Source of the DNA: a virus
Taxonomy: Duplodnaviria > Caudoviricetes
Reading direction: 5' to 3' (one strand)
Virus record (IMG/VR): IMGVR_UViG_3300033518_000153
Span: 1 to 30,311 of that record
Length of the DNA stretch: 30,311 nucleotides
The notes under the pieces are model-generated. The model did no database searches, had not been told where the DNA came from, and was given only the letters and a program-made list of their open reading frames with translations. This document shows, piece after piece, positions 25,450 to 30,311 of the stretch (the first letter of the stretch is position 1; each line of letters opens with the position of its first letter). A program made the position numbers and the translations under genes.

Positions 25450-26592
25450 TCAACCTCTAGGTAGAATCTGGACCTCAAGTGGTGGGAACCCGTTGAAGGC
25501 GATGGTGCTGTAAGTGCTTGTATATGCACCACAACTTTTGATGATGAACTTGTCTCCAGCGCGAAGATCATAGGTCAAATAAATTTTGTTCTTTTCGTAA
25601 AGAACATCTGCGCTGTCGCAGGTCGGTCCAGCTAGGATACATGGTCCTGCGGCTGCGCTGCTATACTCATGCCCTGGGGTGGCAAACTGATACTTGATGG
25701 CTTCACCTTCGGTCTCAGCTAGGCCGTTGAAGCGGCCCACGTTGAGGTATACCCAACGCACAGGATCGCCCTCTGTCTTGCGGCTGACCAGCAGCACCTC
25801 AGCTGCGATTGCGCCTGCGTTGCCCACCATGCCCCGTCCCGGCTCGATCATTAGGTAAGGCACATGGCTAAAGCGGCTGTAGATCGCCTGTGCCAGCGTG
25901 GTGCCGTATTCTTCTGCTTCAGTGATGTCTACGCCGTAGTAGGTTGGGAAGCCGCCGCCGCAGTTGAGCAGCCACAGTAGATGCCCTTCTTCTCGTGCGT
26001 GATGCCAGATTGCAGCAACAGCGTCAAGGCTGTCATACCACATGTGAGGGTGGCGTGTTTGCGATCCTACGTGAAAGCTTAGTCCCACTGGCTCCAAGCC
26101 CAGCTCTTTGGCGCGGTTCATCAACGGGATGGCCATGCTGCTACTGCAACCAAACTTGCGGCTCAGTGGCCACTCTGCTTCAGTGCTGCGCATGAGGATG
26201 CGGATGAACACTTGGCTACCTGGGGCGTGCCGCGCAATCTTCTCTAGCTCTTCTTCGGCGTCTGCACTGTATAGCTCGATGCCTTTAGCGTAGGCATACT
26301 CAATGTCTTGCCAGCGTTTCACCGTGTTGCCAAAGCTGATGTTGGCTGGGTCTGCACCTGCCGCAAGGCACATCTCAATCTCACCTGCGCTAGCAGCATC
26401 AAAGCGCGATCCAGCCTTGTGCAGCGTTGCCAAGATCTCTGGGTGCGGATTGCTTTTAACTGCATAATGCACATATGCTGTTGGCATGCCAGTCTTGAGA
26501 CGGCGATAATTTTCGGCAACTTGGTCTAGGTCAATCAGCAGTGTAGGGCGTTCAAAGTCGTGCTTGGTAATGTAGTCCTCTAGTCTGCTCAT
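25450..26592 (-). CDS. Ornithine/lysine decarboxylase (PLP fold III)
   Basis: YAVKSN, FDAAS.GE, KFG, FHVGSQ, GGGF, EPGR, GPTCDSAD, GAYT. Confidence 0.93.
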   Translation of the reverse strand: MSRLEDYITKHDFERPTLLIDLDQVAENYRRLKTGMPTAYVHYAVKSNPHPEILATLHKAGSRFDAASAGEIEMCLAAGADPANISFGNTVKRWQDIEYAYAKGIELYSADAEEELEKIARHAPGSQVFIRILMRSTEAEWPLSRKFGCSSSMAIPLMNRAKELGLEPVGLSFHVGSQTRHPHMWYDSLDAVAAIWHHAREEGHLLWLLNCGGGFPTYYGVDITEAEEYGTTLAQAIYSRFSHVPYLMIEPGRGMVGNAGAIAAEVLLVSRKTEGDPVRWVYLNVGRFNGLAETEGEAIKYQFATPGHEYSSAAAGPCILAGPTCDSADVLYEKNKIYLTYDLRAGDKFIIKSCGAYTSTYSTIAFNGFPPLEVQILPRG

Positions 26593-27482
26593 TAAGTGTC
26601 CTTCACAGTTACAGATTTGACGTGCTGCCTGGTTTTCAAACTGTCTAGCACGGTTTGCTTATCAGTATATATCATATCCGCAACAGTGATCTTTCCAGGC
26701 TGGTGCTGCGGGTGCTGCCAAGTGCAACCTAGCGCCTCAAACTTGAGTCTGTGTTGTTGCCAGTAGGTCCACACCTTTACACGTTCTGCAACAGCATCCT
26801 CTGCGCTTACATCATCAAAGCCCACGCCAAAGTCTGCGCTAATGTGTTGGTAAGGTTGGAAGGCTTCTGGGTGTATGTAGGTGTCTTGGTCGTGGCACAT
26901 GTCTGCCAGCGTCTTACCAATTTCAGCGTAAGTGATGGTAAGATCCCCAAACTGATACTGGTTGTTGATGTGTTGCCAGTCCTCTGGGCTGAAGAATTCA
27001 GTCTTGGGCAGGCCGTAGTAGGTGCAGATGAACTTGGGCTTGAGGTTGCGACCGGCGTCTTCTGCACGGTGGACGTCGATGTTGAGGCGTGCTAGCGCGC
27101 GTTGCACTTCAACAGGTGCAGCTTGCCAGTAGGGTGTGTTCTGTTGATCCAGCAGCCCGTGATACACTTCAAAGATGTGGTGCAGGTAGTTCAGCGTGTC
27201 TTGGTCGTCAAGGGTGGTTAGCTCACGTTCGATGATGTGTTGATGGCGGTTGATCGTGGCAATGTCAGCTTGTATGCGCGCCAGCGCGTCGGCACGTTCT
27301 TCTGTTGCACTGTTGAAGCCGTAGAAGCGACGTGGGTCATCTATGCCGTAGCCAAACCGTTGCGCAGTTTGCAGCCGTTCTAACCAGCGAGCGGCCACTG
27401 GAGTATCCCGTAGACGCCAGCGATATTCTATGCTATCGGCAGCGTCTACGGGGTTTGAGAACTCTATACTAATGTCAGTCAT
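26592..27482 (-). CDS. Hypothetical protein
   Basis: 296 aa, 1-nt overlap with decarboxylase gene. Confidence 0.8.
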   Translation of the reverse strand: MTDISIEFSNPVDAADSIEYRWRLRDTPVAARWLERLQTAQRFGYGIDDPRRFYGFNSATEERADALARIQADIATINRHQHIIERELTTLDDQDTLNYLHHIFEVYHGLLDQQNTPYWQAAPVEVQRALARLNIDVHRAEDAGRNLKPKFICTYYGLPKTEFFSPEDWQHINNQYQFGDLTITYAEIGKTLADMCHDQDTYIHPEAFQPYQHISADFGVGFDDVSAEDAVAERVKVWTYWQQHRLKFEALGCTWQHPQHQPGKITVADMIYTDKQTVLDSLKTRQHVKSVTVKDT

Positions 27483-27679
27483 TTTTATATGCCCCGTTAG
27501 CGCCTCTTGATATGCAATTTGCAGTGATCAAGTGCTCACTATTGTTAGTGTGTTTATTGAACTTGCCACGGAAGCCACAACAAGCTCAATTAGTCATTTT
27601 AGGTTTGCTTAAATTTATGATACAATGATAAATTAACTGTTCGTCTCGGCTTTACGAGAGTGCTTTAGCTAAACCATGA

Positions 27680-28051
27680 TTAGTCTACTGTATTTACAAC
27701 TACACCATCCCAATTGGCTGGCAAAGTAGTTGTCTTTAAAGTGTTGATGCGGTTTTCAAATTCATCATAGAATGAATCAATCTCCCCACCCCACTTGCCG
27801 CGCAGATGTTCCAGTGCTTGAGTGCAGTAGCTGAAATTCTTCTTACGGTATTCAAGCAACATTGTGTTGTGCAGCTTGAGATGGTTCTCCATAAGCGGAA
27901 GTTCTTGGATCGGAACATCTGTGTTCTCCAACACCGCAAAGGCGGTGATGGGTTCATTGAGACCCTCCTGGAAGAAGGTGTCTAACTCTAATACTGTCAT
28001 GCGCCCGCTGATAGCGTCGGACGCGTCTCTTCCAAAAATTACTTTCATCAT
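27680..28051 (-). CDS. Hypothetical protein
   Basis: 123 aa, ends in WDGV, AGGA RBS and TTGACA promoter. Confidence 0.75.
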   Translation of the reverse strand: MMKVIFGRDASDAISGRMTVLELDTFFQEGLNEPITAFAVLENTDVPIQELPLMENHLKLHNTMLLEYRKKNFSYCTQALEHLRGKWGGEIDSFYDEFENRINTLKTTTLPANWDGVVVNTVD

Positions 28052-28170
28052 CTTTTCCTATAGCTTGTAAATTAGCATAAACCAGCAGGCTTGTCAACCT
28101 TTTTCATAAATATCGGTGTAGTTCACGGATGTGGCGTCCCAACTACTCTATCGCCTGGGAGGGCAACAGC

Positions 28171-28596
28171 ATGAATATTTACCCATATGTCTATCGCATA
28201 GACCACCCAAGTGGTGAGTTCTATATCGGATATCGCGTTGCGAACCAAGTGCCAGCCGAACAAGATCTCGGCATCAAATACAAAACCAGCACCAAACACC
28301 TATCCTATCCGTTCGAGGAATACAACATCGCTATTGTAGCCGAGTTCTTCACAGACACTGCCAAATCTGACGCATACGATTTCGAGCAGGCACTTATATA
28401 CGAACATTGGAGCAATCCATGCATGGCCAACAAGTCATGTTACTACGGTAGTAAAGCACGATTTAGGAACCCAGGTGGCAAGCCACACACACAAGAGCAT
28501 AAGTCGGCGTTGCGCCAGGCGGCAGTAGGTAAAGTGCTGTCTGAAGAACACAAAGAAAAGATCCGGCAGGCCCACCTTAAGAGGAACCGTGGATAA
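28171..28596 (+). CDS. GIY-YIG-like/NUMOD3 homing endonuclease
   Basis: Close paralogue of 17428..17961 with the same leader. Confidence 0.85.
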   Translation: MNIYPYVYRIDHPSGEFYIGYRVANQVPAEQDLGIKYKTSTKHLSYPFEEYNIAIVAEFFTDTAKSDAYDFEQALIYEHWSNPCMANKSCYYGSKARFRNPGGKPHTQEHKSALRQAAVGKVLSEEHKEKIRQAHLKRNRG

Positions 28597-28620
28597 ATAC
28601 TCACATATTGGAGAGCCACC

Positions 28621-29487
28621 TTGAGCTTCAAATTTAACTTCGAACCCGCCCAACTGAGGGCCATCCTCAAAAACAATCCCAACGCTGACGCTTGGTTTAC
28701 CGCGTTCAACACTGTGCTGCCCAAATACGATATTGACACTGAGCTGCGAGTGGCTGGGTTCCTGGCACAAGCTGGGCACGAGAGCAACAACTTTACTGTG
28801 CTGGTCGAGAACCTCAACTACAGTGTAGAAGGACTGCGCAAGATCTTCCCCAAGTATTTCATCAACCGCCGGCCCGAGGATTATGCTCGCCGGCCCCAAA
28901 AGATTGCCAACCATGTTTACGCTGGGCGCATGAACAACGGTCCGGAGAGCAGCGGTGACGGCTGGCGTTTTCGTGGTCGTGGCACCATTCAGCTGACTGG
29001 TCGCGCCAACTACACCAACTTTGCTGCACACATGAACATGACACTGGATGAAGTTATCTCTTACCTTGAGACGCGCAAAGGCGCTGTAGCCAGTGCTGCT
29101 TGGGTCTGGCAGAATCGCAACCTCAACGCTCACGCCGACAAGGGCGACATCATCGCTATGACCAAGATCATCAACGGTGGCACAAACGGCCTTGAGGATC
29201 GTAAAGCCAAGTATGCGCTGGCGCTGACAGTGCTGCGCGGTAGCAGTGCGCCGCATGGTGGGGCAGGTGGAGCAACACGCCCGGTAGTGGAATCAACCGG
29301 TGCCACTCTCAAGCGTGGGAGCCAAGGACCAGAGGTTGCGCGCCTACAGCGTGAGCTAAAGCTGACACCAGCCGACGGCATCTTTGGAAGTGGCACTGAA
29401 GCTGCGCTCAAAAAGTGGCAGGCTGCTAACGGGTTGAAACCCGACGGTGTTGTTGGGCCGTCCACTCTTGCAAAGTTATACTCGTAG
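28621..29487 (+). CDS. GH19 chitinase-like endolysin with C-terminal peptidoglycan-binding domain
   Basis: FLAQ.GHES, ENLNYS, GDGWRFRGRG.IQLTGR.NY, INGG.NGL.DR, DG.FG..T...Q..NGL..DG.VG. Confidence 0.93.
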   Translation: MSFKFNFEPAQLRAILKNNPNADAWFTAFNTVLPKYDIDTELRVAGFLAQAGHESNNFTVLVENLNYSVEGLRKIFPKYFINRRPEDYARRPQKIANHVYAGRMNNGPESSGDGWRFRGRGTIQLTGRANYTNFAAHMNMTLDEVISYLETRKGAVASAAWVWQNRNLNAHADKGDIIAMTKIINGGTNGLEDRKAKYALALTVLRGSSAPHGGAGGATRPVVESTGATLKRGSQGPEVARLQRELKLTPADGIFGSGTEAALKKWQAANGLKPDGVVGPSTLAKLYS

Positions 29488-29703
29488 GCAAGATCCTAAC
29501 GCCGTGAATATGGCCATGCCGCATTGCGAAGATGGTTTCTTCGCCCTCTGGCAGCAAGAAGTCAATGATGTAGTGTAGGACATTGTCGCAGCATTGTTGT
29601 GCTTGGTGATCTTGAACAACTCAGCATTGACTGCTAAATCATCCCACAGTGGCACACCAGTCATTGACCGGGGTGCCCAAACTTCAAACACCGTCTTAAT
29701 CAT
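29476..29703 (-). CDS. Hypothetical protein
   Basis: 75 aa ORF overlapping upstream gene end. Confidence 0.4.
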   Translation of the reverse strand: MIKTVFEVWAPRSMTGVPLWDDLAVNAELFKITKHNNAATMSYTTSLTSCCQRAKKPSSQCGMAIFTALGSCLRV

Positions 29704-29896
29704 CAGCAGGACGCGCCATTGTCAGCATGATCTGATATTGTTCCCATGCAGCTTGCACCGCTGGGTTGTCTTGCCGCCGACGACGCTCGTAGGTGATGAT
29801 GTCAACAAGGTAGATGGCCTTGCCTGCTTCCTTGTTGACATCATCGGGTGACGCTCGTTCTCGGTCGGCTGGGCTGGTTAGCATGGCCGGACCCAA
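29696..29896 (-). CDS. Hypothetical protein
   Basis: 66 aa, NPAVQAAWEQYQIML C-terminus. Confidence 0.55.
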   Translation of the reverse strand: MGPAMLTSPADRERASPDDVNKEAGKAIYLVDIITYERRRRQDNPAVQAAWEQYQIMLTMARPADD

Positions 29897-29984
29897 CCTC
29901 AGCGTTGAACTTTTCCTTGAGTCGCTTCAGTCCTGCTTCAGGTGTTAGTGCAACCATTCTCATCCCTGTGTCATCTATTGCCAT

Positions 29985-30293
29985 TTAGATGCTCTTGCCC
30001 ACTGTGGCTACAAACGGCATCTTCTCTCGGTGCTTGAGCATGAACAACAGCTTCTGTTCCTCAGGCAACAGCCAGGTGATGTTGTAAACGTAGTAGCCAC
30101 CGTCGACCTTTTCTTCTCGAACAGCACTCACCATTTCCGCCAAGTTGACCAAATCATACCACCAGGGCAACTGAACTAGTGCATTGCTCAACTCCACTAG
30201 CTCAGTTCGAGAGATGCTGTTGACCAGGACACCAACAGCGGCATCGACTTTGACGTAAGCCTTAACTGGTATGATTAGCTCGTTGTCAATCAC
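29985..30293 (-). CDS. Hypothetical protein
   Basis: 102 aa ORF. Confidence 0.55.
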   Translation of the reverse strand: MIDNELIIPVKAYVKVDAAVGVLVNSISRTELVELSNALVQLPWWYDLVNLAEMVSAVREEKVDGGYYVYNITWLLPEEQKLLFMLKHREKMPFVATVGKSI

Positions 30294-30311
30294 TGCTTGG
30301 ATCCAATCCCA

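Noticed and set aside
28435-29256. 273-aa minus-strand ORF and other long antisense ORFs
   Set aside because: Shadows of well-supported genes on the opposite strand

Overview
Segment of a large (jumbo, T4-like late promoters TAAATA) dsDNA phage genome, mostly transcribed on the minus strand. It holds a virion/tail-fibre-like gene block (1.1-7.1 kb) and a ~17 kb tRNA region (7.9-24.2 kb) with about 33 intact, atypical or decayed tRNA genes. The tRNA region also carries many HNH/GIY-YIG/PD-(D/E)XK nuclease genes, Pth2 and an anticodon-domain-less GlyRS-like protein. Ornithine decarboxylase and a GH19 endolysin lie to the right. Main observation: each of the two tRNA clusters is preceded by an unannotated ~30-codon leader ORF with antiterminator and terminator (classical attenuator layout). 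The codons of each leader enumerate the amino acids of the tRNAs in its own downstream cluster, suggesting a tRNA-shortage sensor that switches on phage tRNA supply. Second pattern: five nuclease ORFs end at stop codons inside the 5' end of the next tRNA gene. All calls were made by eye; no searches were run.
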